Assembly (NCBI GenBank): GCA_902615915.1
Contig: CACMQQ010000007.1
Location: forward strand, 2,836-66,835
DNA length: 64,000 nucleotides
Direction: 5' to 3'
DNA from: an uncultured Fidelibacterota bacterium
GTDB lineage: Bacteria > Fidelibacterota > Marinisomatia > Marinisomatales > TCS55
In this document: in pieces, positions 18,030-27,992 of the stretch
Layout of the letters: every line of letters begins with the position of its first letter
Numbering within the stretch: position 1 is the first letter of the stretch
Made by a program: the position numbers and the translations under genes
Notes under the pieces: generated by a model
What the model saw: the letters and a program-made list of their open reading frames with translations, nothing else
Told to the model about the DNA's origin: nothing
The model's database searches: none

Positions 18030-20858
18030 TCAATTAATTTCGTCAAAATTATTGAATACTCGCATATGGGCAGGTATTGCACTGCTAAATGCATGTCCAT
18101 AACGTTTGTTAATTATCCGATCATCCATAACTACAAAAATTCCTTCGTCAAAGCTAGAACGGATTAATCTACCAAAACCTTGTCTAAAGCGGATAACAGA
18201 TTCAGGTAGTGCAAAGTCCATAAATTTATTTCCGCCATCATTTTCGATCAAGCTTCCATACGCTTTAATAATAGGCTCAGTTGGCACATCAAATGGCATT
18301 TTTACAATAATTAAAATCTCTAAAAGATCTCTTGCGAGATCAACGCCTTCCCAAAAAGCATTTGTACCCAACAAAATTCCATTTTCTGTTTGATGCATTC
18401 CTTTAACAAGACCCATTCTTGAGGTCTGTCTTTTTTGAGCAAAAATTGGAAGTTTATTTCCTCCTGGTTTTTGTTTCAACAGTTGAAAGGTATTTTCGAG
18501 TTGTGCTCGAGATGTAAACAATACCATCATCCTCTTATTAAACTTTATGTGACAATTATATATTATATCTGCCAACACATGGGGCTTTTGTCCATCCTCG
18601 CGGGAATATTGAAAATATCTAACCTGTTCATCATAGAAGAAGGGGCTTTCAAACTCTGATGTTAAAATGCTGGTTGAATGCAATCCGCTTAAACCAACTC
18701 TTTTTAAAAAATAATCAAAGGAATTATTTATTTTTAAAGTTGCGCTTGTCATTATGCAATGGGTTAATTGATTAAATAAATATTTTGGCAAATCTTCAGT
18801 TAAGTCTATTGGTGATGAATGTATTGTTATGATTAGCTCATCTGAATCATTTGTTGACTTAAAAACCCCGTCAAACCAATATACTGTATTTGATTGATGA
18901 TCAATGAGTAAAAGCTGTATTAGGCTCAAAATATCAGCTGTGAGATCAGCACCTCTTTCAAAAACCTGAAAAAGCTCAATAAATTCTTTATTTTTATCAA
19001 TATCTACTAATAAATCTTTTATTGCAATAAGCTGGTTGCGAAGAAGATTTACACTTTGAACAAACTCACTTAACTGAAATTCAAATTGTCCAAATTGTTC
19101 AGTCAAATTACTGATTATAATTTTAGTGGAATACTTTGACTGTGGATCGAATTGCTTAAATATATCTGAAGTGACCATTTCAAAAAAAGTTTTTGATTTA
19201 GTTCGAGCATTAAATAACAATTCATTAAGTATTTTTGTTGAGCTTTCAATTTTAGGGTTTATTTTACCTAATGCATTTAATTGATTATTCCATCTGACAG
19301 AATGGGCATTCTTTGGGTCCACTCTATCTAAAGAATATAGGACATTGCTCAAACTGATGGACAAAGAAAGATTGCTATATGCAGCATGAGGTAAATTATG
19401 AGCCTCATCGATAATTACGGTATTGTGCAAAGGTAAAAATCCAATACCTTCTTCATCTTTCAATCTTGAATTAGATTCTGATACAAGCAAGGCATGATTA
19501 ACAACAATCAAATTTGATTTATGTATTAATTTTCGAATATTTCCAAAAAAACAACCATCATGCTTAGAGCAAATAGGAGTTGTGCAGTATCCCCTATCGC
19601 TTTGAATCAAGGACATAATACGATAATTGTATCCATTGGTAAAGGCAGGACACTCATCCAAATCACCTGTTTTAGTCCAATTAAGCCAAACGATCAATGG
19701 CAGAATCGTTACTAATTCTCTAGCATCAAGGATTCTATCATTGCTATTTACCAGCCAATCCAATCTTGTCCTACATATGTAATTACTTCTGCCTTTTAAT
19801 AAAACGGCTTGAACTGGTATATCTGCAGCTATAGAAATTTTAGGTAAATCTTGCGTAAAAAGCTGATCTTGCAGATACTTAGTATGGCATGAGATAATTA
19901 CAGGCCCTGAATCAGGGTCAAGATTATTTTTTTTTAAAGCTGGAAATAGGTATGCCATTGTCTTGCCAAGTCCAGTACCTGCCTCTATGGCCCCCACTCC
20001 TTCTTCGCTCAAAAAAATATCATCAATAAATTTGCTAAAGCTTGTTTGATTGGTTCTTTCTTCAAATCCATCAATAGATTTACTCAAAAGTCCATTCTCA
20101 TTGAAAACATCTTCTGGCAACAAAGATTTAACATCATTATTTCCATCTTTAACAAAAAAATTATTAGAGAATGCTTTGGGTAATTTAGAAACCACTAAAC
20201 CTTTTTTAACATTGCCTTCATTAGCCAATGCATTCGCTAAATTTATAAAAAGGTCTTTATTGTCTACATCATACGATTTCATGATTGAGAGAATTTTTGC
20301 TGTTACATCCAAGTTGTAGCTTGCTGCTTCATGAATAAGCTCTAAAAAAATATATCCTGTGTTCTCAGTATCGCTCTCAGCTCTATGTGCGCCATCACTT
20401 GAAAGATTAAAAAACTCAGAGACGGCACTAAGATTGTGAGACGGTTGGTAGAACAGAAAAGTTCTGGAAAGAGTTAATGTATCATAGCATACAGGTTTAT
20501 CAAAATCAATATTGTAACGTTCAGACAAAGAGATTAAAAAGGAGAGATCAAAAGGCGTATTGTGAGCAACGATTGGATTTTTTCCAATAAAATCAAAAAG
20601 ATCATCGACAATATCTTTTTCAGAGGGGGCATGCTCTACCATTTCATTTGTTATGCCAGTAATATCCTCAATCAATTTAGGAATAGGTAATATTGGTTTA
20701 ACAAGGGATACAAATCGTTTCGCAGGTTCACCATTTTCAAAAAGTATAGCTGCTACTTCAATAATTCTATCTTTTTCTATGCTTAATCCAGTAGTTTCAA
20801 AATCTAAAGCGATGAATCTATCGAGTTTAATTTTTTCTAATAAGCTCTTTCTATCCAT
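18030..20858 (-). CDS. dinG: DnaQ-type 3'-5' exonuclease fused to a DinG/XPD-family helicase
   Basis: The N-terminus has Exo I FIALDFETTGL and later HRAESD. The helicase part has GTGLGKT and DEAHNL. The Fe-S Cys pattern is NYIC...ECP...YCTTPICSKHDGC. Length is 942 aa. Confidence 0.85.
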   Translation of the reverse strand: MDRKSLLEKIKLDRFIALDFETTGLSIEKDRIIEVAAILFENGEPAKRFVSLVKPILPIPKLIEDITGITNEMVEHAPSEKDIVDDLFDFIGKNPIVAHNTPFDLSFLISLSERYNIDFDKPVCYDTLTLSRTFLFYQPSHNLSAVSEFFNLSSDGAHRAESDTENTGYIFLELIHEAASYNLDVTAKILSIMKSYDVDNKDLFINLANALANEGNVKKGLVVSKLPKAFSNNFFVKDGNNDVKSLLPEDVFNENGLLSKSIDGFEERTNQTSFSKFIDDIFLSEEGVGAIEAGTGLGKTMAYLFPALKKNNLDPDSGPVIISCHTKYLQDQLFTQDLPKISIAADIPVQAVLLKGRSNYICRTRLDWLVNSNDRILDARELVTILPLIVWLNWTKTGDLDECPAFTNGYNYRIMSLIQSDRGYCTTPICSKHDGCFFGNIRKLIHKSNLIVVNHALLVSESNSRLKDEEGIGFLPLHNTVIIDEAHNLPHAAYSNLSLSISLSNVLYSLDRVDPKNAHSVRWNNQLNALGKINPKIESSTKILNELLFNARTKSKTFFEMVTSDIFKQFDPQSKYSTKIIISNLTEQFGQFEFQLSEFVQSVNLLRNQLIAIKDLLVDIDKNKEFIELFQVFERGADLTADILSLIQLLLIDHQSNTVYWFDGVFKSTNDSDELIITIHSSPIDLTEDLPKYLFNQLTHCIMTSATLKINNSFDYFLKRVGLSGLHSTSILTSEFESPFFYDEQVRYFQYSREDGQKPHVLADIIYNCHIKFNKRMMVLFTSRAQLENTFQLLKQKPGGNKLPIFAQKRQTSRMGLVKGMHQTENGILLGTNAFWEGVDLARDLLEILIIVKMPFDVPTEPIIKAYGSLIENDGGNKFMDFALPESVIRFRQGFGRLIRSSFDEGIFVVMDDRIINKRYGHAFSSAIPAHMRVFNNFDEIN

Positions 20859-21648
20859 TCTTTTTTTTCTGAATTGAAGGATCGATTACCTTGAATGACG
20901 GAATTACAATTCCTGAATTAAAATAATGAAAATGTCTCAGTATCCAGAAAATCAATATCGATATGACTAAAAACCAAGGAAAATGAACACCAATGAAAAA
21001 TACTGGAATAGCAACACCAAAAATTCTCAAGCGCTGATAATGTCGTATAGCATTTGGAAATAAAATAGTTACCAAATAAAATGGAATATAAAGTCCTGAT
21101 GCTGTTGCAAGATAGGGATCGCTAGACCAAAAACCATAAATTGATATTACAACCGTAAGCGCTAAACAGAGTAATAATGTTTTCATACTTTCACTTTTTT
21201 TAGGAAAAAGCTCTTTTTCAATATTTAATGGCATGCTCCAAACGATATGAACTGAAGAGAAATATAATACATAGAAAATAGCATCAAAAAAGGCTGAAGA
21301 ACTGATACCAACAATACTCATTCCCAATAGAAACAATACATAACCATTGAAAAAATTAAAGATAAAACTATTTAATAAAGAACTATCATTGGACTGTTTA
21401 AGATATTTTATCTCAATAAATCCAATTAAAATCAAACTAAAAGTAGTAATGAGATTAAAGGAAGACCAATGCCAATAATGATTGTCAGTTAAAACTCTAT
21501 ATGAAACACTGGATCCGCTTAGAAAAATTACCCATATGGAATAAAGCAAAGCTAAGCCTCCGAAAAAAGATGGGTTTAAGCGGTTAAAGACTCTAGATAT
21601 TGACCTATAACGTTTCGACTCTAGTGGAAAGTATCTTTCAGCAAGCAA
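20851..21648 (-). CDS. hypothetical polytopic membrane protein
   Basis: 265 aa with about 7 hydrophobic segments. It has a TTG start 4 nt after the stop of the SNF transporter and overlaps dinG by 8 nt. No recognisable motif. Confidence 0.45.
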   Translation of the reverse strand: MLAERYFPLESKRYRSISRVFNRLNPSFFGGLALLYSIWVIFLSGSSVSYRVLTDNHYWHWSSFNLITTFSLILIGFIEIKYLKQSNDSSLLNSFIFNFFNGYVLFLLGMSIVGISSSAFFDAIFYVLYFSSVHIVWSMPLNIEKELFPKKSESMKTLLLCLALTVVISIYGFWSSDPYLATASGLYIPFYLVTILFPNAIRHYQRLRIFGVAIPVFFIGVHFPWFLVISILIFWILRHFHYFNSGIVIPSFKVIDPSIQKKKNG

Positions 21649-21652
21649 GAAA

Positions 21653-23047
21653 TTAACCTACTAAAGCTTTTCCAGATAAAAGCGCATAAAATTCATTAAA
21701 TATTATAAAAGCGACTACAACAGCGGCCACAATCAAAAATCCTTTAATAATGCTTGGATTGATATTTTGATTATCAGAGCCAACAGATAATTCTTTAATG
21801 TAGTCTTTCATACCCATTTTGTTAATAACAAATAATGCTGTCAACATACCTCCAATTGGGAGCATATATTTCCCAGATAGATTATCCATTACATCAAAGA
21901 AAGTACCCCCTAGAAAAAAATCTTCACCAAAAATTCCGATTATGTTGATACCCCCTCCTAAAGAAAGCGAACAAAAACATCCGACAATCGTAATCACCGA
22001 TCCAAATATTAATGTTGATTTTTTTCTAGACCACCCTTTTTGATCAATAAAATAAGCTGTAACGACCTCAAGAATAGATATTGCAGAAGTTAGAGCAGCC
22101 ATAAATAATAAAAAGAAAAATATTGATGACCAAATTGTACCGCCTGCTATCTCAGGAAAAACGGATGGCAAGATAACAAAGATTAATCCTGGGCCCGAAG
22201 CGGGATCTGCGCCTAATGCAAAAACTGTAGTGAAAATTGCTACACCAGCCAACATTGCAATTGCAGTGTCTAAAAAGATCACCCATAATGCGGAAGAAAG
22301 AAGATTTTGATCTTTTTTTAGATAACTACCATAAGTTATCATTGTCCCCATTCCAAGACTAACCGTAAAAAAAGAGTGCCCTAAAGCCAATACAATAGCT
22401 GAAGCAGATAGATCGCCAAAACGAGGATTAAATAAAAAAGATACGCCTTTCATTCCGCCATCTAGTGTCATACCTCTAATAGCTAATACCCCTAACAATA
22501 CGACAATCAGCGGCATCATAATTTTTGACCATTTCTCAATTCCGCCTTTAACACCTCTAATGATTACAAATACACAAAGGCCCATAAAAATTAACTGATA
22601 GAACAATGGGCTATAAGCACTGGTTATAAATTCATTAAAAAGAGCGCCAGAAGCGCTTGTATCGCTAGCAAACGAATCAAATCCTCCCACAATGGAAACA
22701 GTGATGTATTTTAAGATCCATCCACCAACAACACCATAAAATGAAAGTATTACAAAAGCGGAAGCTACTCCTAAGAATCCAACATATTTCCAATTTGTTC
22801 CGGGAGCAATTTTTTCAAAAGCGCCTACAGGGCTAAGGAGTGTTTTTCTTCCAATTACAAATTCAGCAACTAATATCGATAACCCAACAATCATTATGCA
22901 GGCTAGATAAACGATGGTGAAAGCAGCTCCTCCATTCTCGCCAGCTATATATGGAAACTTCCATATGTTACCTATTCCAACCGCCGATCCAGACGCAGCT
23001 AAAATAAACCCTAATCTTGTTCCCCACTGCTCTCTGTTATTACTCAT
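21653..23047 (-). CDS. sodium-dependent transporter, neurotransmitter:sodium symporter (SNF) family
   Basis: The N-terminal WGTRLGFILAASGSAVGIGNIWKFPY is the NSS signature. The 464-aa protein is polytopic. Confidence 0.9.
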   Translation of the reverse strand: MSNNREQWGTRLGFILAASGSAVGIGNIWKFPYIAGENGGAAFTIVYLACIMIVGLSILVAEFVIGRKTLLSPVGAFEKIAPGTNWKYVGFLGVASAFVILSFYGVVGGWILKYITVSIVGGFDSFASDTSASGALFNEFITSAYSPLFYQLIFMGLCVFVIIRGVKGGIEKWSKIMMPLIVVLLGVLAIRGMTLDGGMKGVSFLFNPRFGDLSASAIVLALGHSFFTVSLGMGTMITYGSYLKKDQNLLSSALWVIFLDTAIAMLAGVAIFTTVFALGADPASGPGLIFVILPSVFPEIAGGTIWSSIFFFLLFMAALTSAISILEVVTAYFIDQKGWSRKKSTLIFGSVITIVGCFCSLSLGGGINIIGIFGEDFFLGGTFFDVMDNLSGKYMLPIGGMLTALFVINKMGMKDYIKELSVGSDNQNINPSIIKGFLIVAAVVVAFIIFNEFYALLSGKALVG

Positions 23048-23493
23048 TTTTTTATCTCTTTCTCATCATTTTTACTTTTCTCTATATCTTCACTCATTAC
23101 CTTTTCAAACGGATTTAAATGTGATTCAACCAATGCATCAACCAACCCGTAAAAATAAATTATTAATACCCACCATCCATATCTATTTCTTTGTTTTAAG
23201 TATTGTTCTTTCTGACTAAAGTTTTCACCATCATGATTTTTATATTTGTTTGCATAATCTAAGTGTACAAGCGAAGAAAGAACAGCGCCGCTTAACAGAA
23301 TAGAACCCTTAATCTTTTGTTCATTGTAAAATTGTCCACCTCCAGGAAACATAAAGGCTCTTATAACTGCTTTGCGAGGATCATTAAAGCTTAATGAATC
23401 CTTATCTTGGCAGTGTAAGAAATCACTTAAAATTAATATAAAAAAAATAAAAATAGAAAATTTATACAAGTTGAGCAACGCACTCAATCTCAA
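23044..23493 (-). CDS. hypothetical secreted/membrane protein (DUF5683-like)
   Basis: It has a signal peptide. FPGGGQFYNEQKIKGSILL resembles the PG.GQ.YN motif of DUF5683 proteins (from memory). It overlaps ridA by 32 nt. Confidence 0.4.
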   Translation of the reverse strand: MRLSALLNLYKFSIFIFFILILSDFLHCQDKDSLSFNDPRKAVIRAFMFPGGGQFYNEQKIKGSILLSGAVLSSLVHLDYANKYKNHDGENFSQKEQYLKQRNRYGWWVLIIYFYGLVDALVESHLNPFEKVMSEDIEKSKNDEKEIKK

Positions 23494-23848
23494 TATCAGT
23501 ATAGGCAGGTAATTCTTTTACTGAAACGAGGGATCTGGCAGGAGCATTCTCTTCATCTAACCATTCATTGAACACTTCATTCACTTGATCATAATTACCC
23601 ATATCAGTCAAAAATACAGTAAACTTTACAACCTTGCTCAAATCTGTGCCTGCTCGTTCTAAAATTGCAGATAAATTTTCAAAAACTTGCTCTACTCGAG
23701 CCTTGAAACTTTCTTCAACAATTTTTCCGGTTGATGGGTCAACGCCTATTTGACCTGCGGTAAATACAAAACCATTAGCAATGACTGCTTGATTATATGA
23801 ACCGATAGGATTAGGTGCATTTGCGTCTTTGATTACTTTTCTATTCAT
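23462..23848 (-). CDS. ridA: RidA/YjgF family reactive-intermediate deaminase
   Basis: 128 aa with APNPIGSYNQAV...FTAGQIGVDP...ARSLVSVKELP. Confidence 0.9.
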   Translation of the reverse strand: MNRKVIKDANAPNPIGSYNQAVIANGFVFTAGQIGVDPSTGKIVEESFKARVEQVFENLSAILERAGTDLSKVVKFTVFLTDMGNYDQVNEVFNEWLDEENAPARSLVSVKELPAYTDIEIECVAQLV

Positions 23849-23858
23849 TATAAAATCC

Positions 23859-24284
23859 TTAATTATTTAATGACATACATGCAAGTCCAATATTTGGATC
23901 AAGCTTTCTTTTTTGATTTAAATTAATTTTTCTTAAAATAAATTCTCCAACTACAGCAACTGTCGCTTCAAAAAGATGACCTCCTTTTGAATTACATTCA
24001 CGATCTGATATATTTATGTGAGAGTGAACAAATGGGTTACCATCTTTTAACATTACGTTTGCTTGAAATGAGGTTAATTCCCAAATATCAATAAATTTAT
24101 GAGTTATATATTCTTTGCGATTTAAATCATAAGCGCCTATTTCAATATCTTTAACTGCTCCTATGCCAGATATTTGAGCATTGTTAATACTGTGATCTTT
24201 GCAAAATTGTGTCAAAGTATGCATGATTTTTTCATTTTTCAATAAATATATAATGTAAGTATCATTTGCCTGGCTAAATTGCAT
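23859..24284 (-). CDS. PPC (DUF296) domain protein
   Basis: 141 aa. ISGIGAVKDIEIGAYD...FVHSHINISD...GGHL fits the PPC domain pattern. Confidence 0.65.
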   Translation of the reverse strand: MQFSQANDTYIIYLLKNEKIMHTLTQFCKDHSINNAQISGIGAVKDIEIGAYDLNRKEYITHKFIDIWELTSFQANVMLKDGNPFVHSHINISDRECNSKGGHLFEATVAVVGEFILRKINLNQKRKLDPNIGLACMSLNN

Positions 24285-24287
24285 TTT

Positions 24288-26870
24288 TCAACCTTTAAAA
24301 TAATTTTTTAGATAATCATATCCATTTTCAACTACTAATCTTAGCCCGTTTTCATCCTTTCCTCCAGCTGTTGCCATATTGGGCCTACCACCTCCACCAG
24401 CTCCCATTTGTTTCCCTAAATCTTTTGCAATTACAGCAGCACTGTAACCATCTTCAACAAGATTATTAGTTAAGCAAATTAATAGCATTGGTTTTTCGTT
24501 CATTCCTCCAAGAACCACAGCGCCTATACTAATCTTATTTATTAATGCGCTACCAAGATCTTTTAATTCTTCTATAGACTCAGCTTGGGTCATTTTAGAA
24601 ATCACGGATATATCATCAATAAATTTAGATTCAGATAGGTAAGAATCTAGATCTTGTAACAAGCCAACAGATTTATTTCTTTTAACCTGATTCTCTAATT
24701 CTTTTTTATCTTTTAAAAGTTTTTCGATCCTACCTTCAAGTTCATCTTCATTGCAATTTAATAGTCTTTTTGAATTATTTAATGAGGATGACATTTTTTG
24801 TATGCGTTCTAACGCTTTATCGCCAGTAAAAGCAACTATTCTTCTTACGCCAGAAGCTAAAGAGGATTCTTCAACAATTTTAAAAAAACCTATATCTCCT
24901 GTTCTGTCCACATGGGTTCCTCCACAAAGCTCTTTGGAGAAGTCACCTGCGGTTACCACTCTAACTCTTTCACCGTATTTTTCACCAAACATTGCATATG
25001 CTCCTTCATGCTTTGCTTGATCAATTGGCATTATAGATACATCGAGTTGTGTATTGGTTAATATCTCTTCATTGACAATTGATTCAATTTTTTCAATTTC
25101 AGTATCAGATATTTTTTCAAAATGAGTTAGATCAAACCTCAAATAATTTGGCTCAACTAATGATCCAGCTTGCTGAACATGTTCTCCAAGAACAATTTTA
25201 AGTGCTTTGTGCATTAAATGAGTTGCAGTATGATTTTTTTTTGTTCTTTGCCTTCTCTTATAATCTATCTCACAATCTACTTTTTGTAATTTTTCAGTTG
25301 AAAACTCTCCCTCGCAAATATGTACGAATTCATCATTAATTATTTTTACATCTAATACATTTAATTTTAACCTATCATTAGAGATAACACCCAAGTCAGA
25401 GACCTGTCCACCAGATTCTGCATAAAAAGGTGTTTTATCGAGAACTAAATATATTTTTTCATCTTGAAAAGCATATCGAACTATAGTTGCCTCACATTTA
25501 GCAGTATCATAACCTATAAATTCGGAATTTTTTAAATTTGATACATTTATCCAGTCAATCTTTTGCGCATAATTATCAAACTTGGCAGACTTTCTAGCTC
25601 TTTTTTTCTGATCCTTCATTGCTTTTTCAAATCCATTTATATCAATCGATAATTTTTTTTCATTTGCCATTTGCTGCGTTAAATCGAGCGGAAACCCGTA
25701 GGTATCATATAGCTTAAAAGCTGCTTTTCCAGAAATGATCATGCCATTGGTATTTGAGATCATTTTTTCAAACTGTATTAATCCTTTCGTTAATGTTTCA
25801 TTGAAAGATTCCTCTTCAAACTTTATAATCTTTGCGATATGGGCCTGTCTTTCAATAATCTCAGGAAAAATATTTCCCATAATTTTTCCAAGTGAAGGAA
25901 CTAGTTTGAATAAAAAAGCGTTTTCAAAATTCAATACTCTTCCAAATCTAGCTGCTCTTCTTATAATTCTTCTTAAAACGTACCCTCTGCCTTCATTTCC
26001 TGGCATAGCACCATCAGCGATTGAAAAACTTAACATTCTAAGGTGGTCCGCAATAACTTGAAATGGTACAGGATTCTCTTTATATGTAGAATCAGTCAGT
26101 AATTCGCATTCTTTAATAATAGGTTGAAAAAGATCGGTTGAATAATTGTTTAATTTTCCCTGCAAAACGGATGCTAACCGCTCAAATCCTGCGCCTGTAT
26201 CGACATGCTTTGAAGGAAGTTCTTCAAGCTGACCATTAGCTAAACGGTTATTTTGAATGAAAACGAGATTCCATAATTCCCAGTATTGGTCAGAATTGTT
26301 CACTCCGTCCTGATTTTGCTTGGAAATATCATCACCAATAAAATAGTGAATTTCTGAACATGGACCGCAGGGTCCAGTTTCACCCATTTCCCAAAAATTA
26401 TCTTTTCTACCGGATTTCAAAACTCTATTTGGGTCAATATTGGTAATCTTTGGCCATAACAGATATGACTCTTCATCCTCTTCAAAAACAGTTACCCACA
26501 AACGATTTTTATCTAAATTCCAAACCTCGGTAAAAAGCTCCCATGCCCATTTGATGGCATCTTCCTTATAATAATCACCAAATGACCAGTTGCCCAGCAT
26601 TTCAAAAAAAGTATGGTGAAAAGTATCGACACCAACTTCTTCAAGATCATTATGTTTTCCGCTTACACGAATACATTTTTGACTGTTAACAGCTCTTAAA
26701 TTAGATGGGGACTGCTCACCAAGGAAAATAGGTTTAAATTGATTCATACCAGCATTCGCAAAGAGCAATGTGGGATCATCTTGGGGCACAACTGGAGAAC
26801 TTGGGACAAACACGTGACCTTTACTTTCAAAAAAATCTATAAAGGTCTGTCTGATTTTGTTGCTTTTCAT
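24288..26870 (-). CDS. alaS: alanyl-tRNA synthetase
   Basis: 860 aa. The N-terminus reads IRQTFIDFFESKGH...FANAGMNQFK. The editing domain has HTATHLMHKAL and CGGTH. Confidence 0.95.
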   Translation of the reverse strand: MKSNKIRQTFIDFFESKGHVFVPSSPVVPQDDPTLLFANAGMNQFKPIFLGEQSPSNLRAVNSQKCIRVSGKHNDLEEVGVDTFHHTFFEMLGNWSFGDYYKEDAIKWAWELFTEVWNLDKNRLWVTVFEEDEESYLLWPKITNIDPNRVLKSGRKDNFWEMGETGPCGPCSEIHYFIGDDISKQNQDGVNNSDQYWELWNLVFIQNNRLANGQLEELPSKHVDTGAGFERLASVLQGKLNNYSTDLFQPIIKECELLTDSTYKENPVPFQVIADHLRMLSFSIADGAMPGNEGRGYVLRRIIRRAARFGRVLNFENAFLFKLVPSLGKIMGNIFPEIIERQAHIAKIIKFEEESFNETLTKGLIQFEKMISNTNGMIISGKAAFKLYDTYGFPLDLTQQMANEKKLSIDINGFEKAMKDQKKRARKSAKFDNYAQKIDWINVSNLKNSEFIGYDTAKCEATIVRYAFQDEKIYLVLDKTPFYAESGGQVSDLGVISNDRLKLNVLDVKIINDEFVHICEGEFSTEKLQKVDCEIDYKRRQRTKKNHTATHLMHKALKIVLGEHVQQAGSLVEPNYLRFDLTHFEKISDTEIEKIESIVNEEILTNTQLDVSIMPIDQAKHEGAYAMFGEKYGERVRVVTAGDFSKELCGGTHVDRTGDIGFFKIVEESSLASGVRRIVAFTGDKALERIQKMSSSLNNSKRLLNCNEDELEGRIEKLLKDKKELENQVKRNKSVGLLQDLDSYLSESKFIDDISVISKMTQAESIEELKDLGSALINKISIGAVVLGGMNEKPMLLICLTNNLVEDGYSAAVIAKDLGKQMGAGGGGRPNMATAGGKDENGLRLVVENGYDYLKNYFKG

Positions 26871-26929
26871 TTTACTATTTGTTAATCAAATCAAGGGTAA
26901 TTGTTTATTAAAATAAATTAAACCTATAT

Positions 26930-27289
26930 ATGGATGTGCTTCAATGTAATAATTCAACATTTCCAGGAAAAAATAAATCCATTAAATTCAAAACTGAAAT
27001 GAAAAATTATTTAAAATTTTCAACGAATGATATTTTGGAACTTAGTGATAACGATTTCACAGTTTATTTCAAACTCATTCAAAAAGATCTTCAAAAAAAA
27101 TTGAATTCAGGTAAAACTATTGATGAATTGCTTGATGAAGAAGACCCATTTGAAGCATTAGAGCCAATTCTACCAGAAGAAATTTATCCCATAGTAGTGC
27201 TTGCAATGATAAATAATATACAAACAAAAAACGTTATGTCAGCTATCCTAGAAGGATTTCAAAAGGCTAAAAAGAAACAATTTAAATGA
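26930..27289 (+). CDS. hypothetical small acidic protein (first gene of the ATGA-coupled operon)
   Basis: 119-aa ORF with no signal peptide. The true start may be the internal ATG at 26999. Its stop overlaps the next start (ATGA at 27286..27289). Confidence 0.45.
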   Translation: MDVLQCNNSTFPGKNKSIKFKTEMKNYLKFSTNDILELSDNDFTVYFKLIQKDLQKKLNSGKTIDELLDEEDPFEALEPILPEEIYPIVVLAMINNIQTKNVMSAILEGFQKAKKKQFK

Positions 27290-27879
27290 AACATTTCATT
27301 CTTTTAATTTGCTCTTTCTCAAGCCTTTTTACACAGAAAAGCAATATTGATCAAATACTCATATCAACAAAAATTAATGGAGTTTCAGTAAAGCTTGGTC
27401 TTGATAACCCTTTAGATAGTGAATTTGTCACAGCATGGTTTGATTCAAAAACTAACTGGTTCTATATAACTGCCTATCAAGCTAATGGTGACAAAAGAAC
27501 ATTAGAACAAACGAAAATAATTGAACCTATTGAAAAAATAGAAGTTTTCAAATCAAACGAATCTATACAAATTGGCATGAAGCTTGACAAAGCGCTAGAA
27601 ACCTTTGAAAAATATCACATAGTCGAGCCAGCCGAAATTAATTTCAATCTTCGCTTTCCTATTTCCGAGGTTATTTTAGCATTAGAAGAAGAAAGGCCGA
27701 CGGGAAAATTTAGATTTAAGCCGAAATATTACAAATTGCTTGAAACCGAAAACTTATTTTATTTATCAGGTTCTATCTTAATGATATCTAATTTCATTGC
27801 TAAAAAGGACCCCACAATAGGATTTTCAATTATAGCTGCAACATTTATTTATAATCAAATTTTGATAGATAATCAATGA
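27286..27879 (+). CDS. hypothetical exported protein with a C-terminal membrane anchor
   Basis: 197 aa with an N-terminal signal (MKHFILLICSFSSLFT) and a C-terminal hydrophobic stretch (LFYLSGSILMISNF...FSIIAATFIY). ATGA overlaps occur at both ends. Confidence 0.5.
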   Translation: MKHFILLICSFSSLFTQKSNIDQILISTKINGVSVKLGLDNPLDSEFVTAWFDSKTNWFYITAYQANGDKRTLEQTKIIEPIEKIEVFKSNESIQIGMKLDKALETFEKYHIVEPAEINFNLRFPISEVILALEEERPTGKFRFKPKYYKLLETENLFYLSGSILMISNFIAKKDPTIGFSIIAATFIYNQILIDNQ

Positions 27880-27992
27880 AGGAATTATTGCCATATTATG
27901 CTTTTTTTTATGTTTTAGGAATTTTGATGATGTCATTATTTGTACGAATTTATCTTTACAATAAACGTAAAAAACAAAACAAAAGAAAATGA
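27876..27992 (+). CDS. 38-aa single-pass membrane micro-protein (not in the ORF track)
   Basis: My translation is MKELLPYYAFFYVLGILMMSLFVRIYLYNKRKKQNKRK. The ATG at 27876 overlaps the upstream TGA, and the TGA at 27990..27992 overlaps the downstream ATG at 27989. It has one TM helix plus a basic tail. Confidence 0.5.
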   Translation: MKELLPYYAFFYVLGILMMSLFVRIYLYNKRKKQNKRK

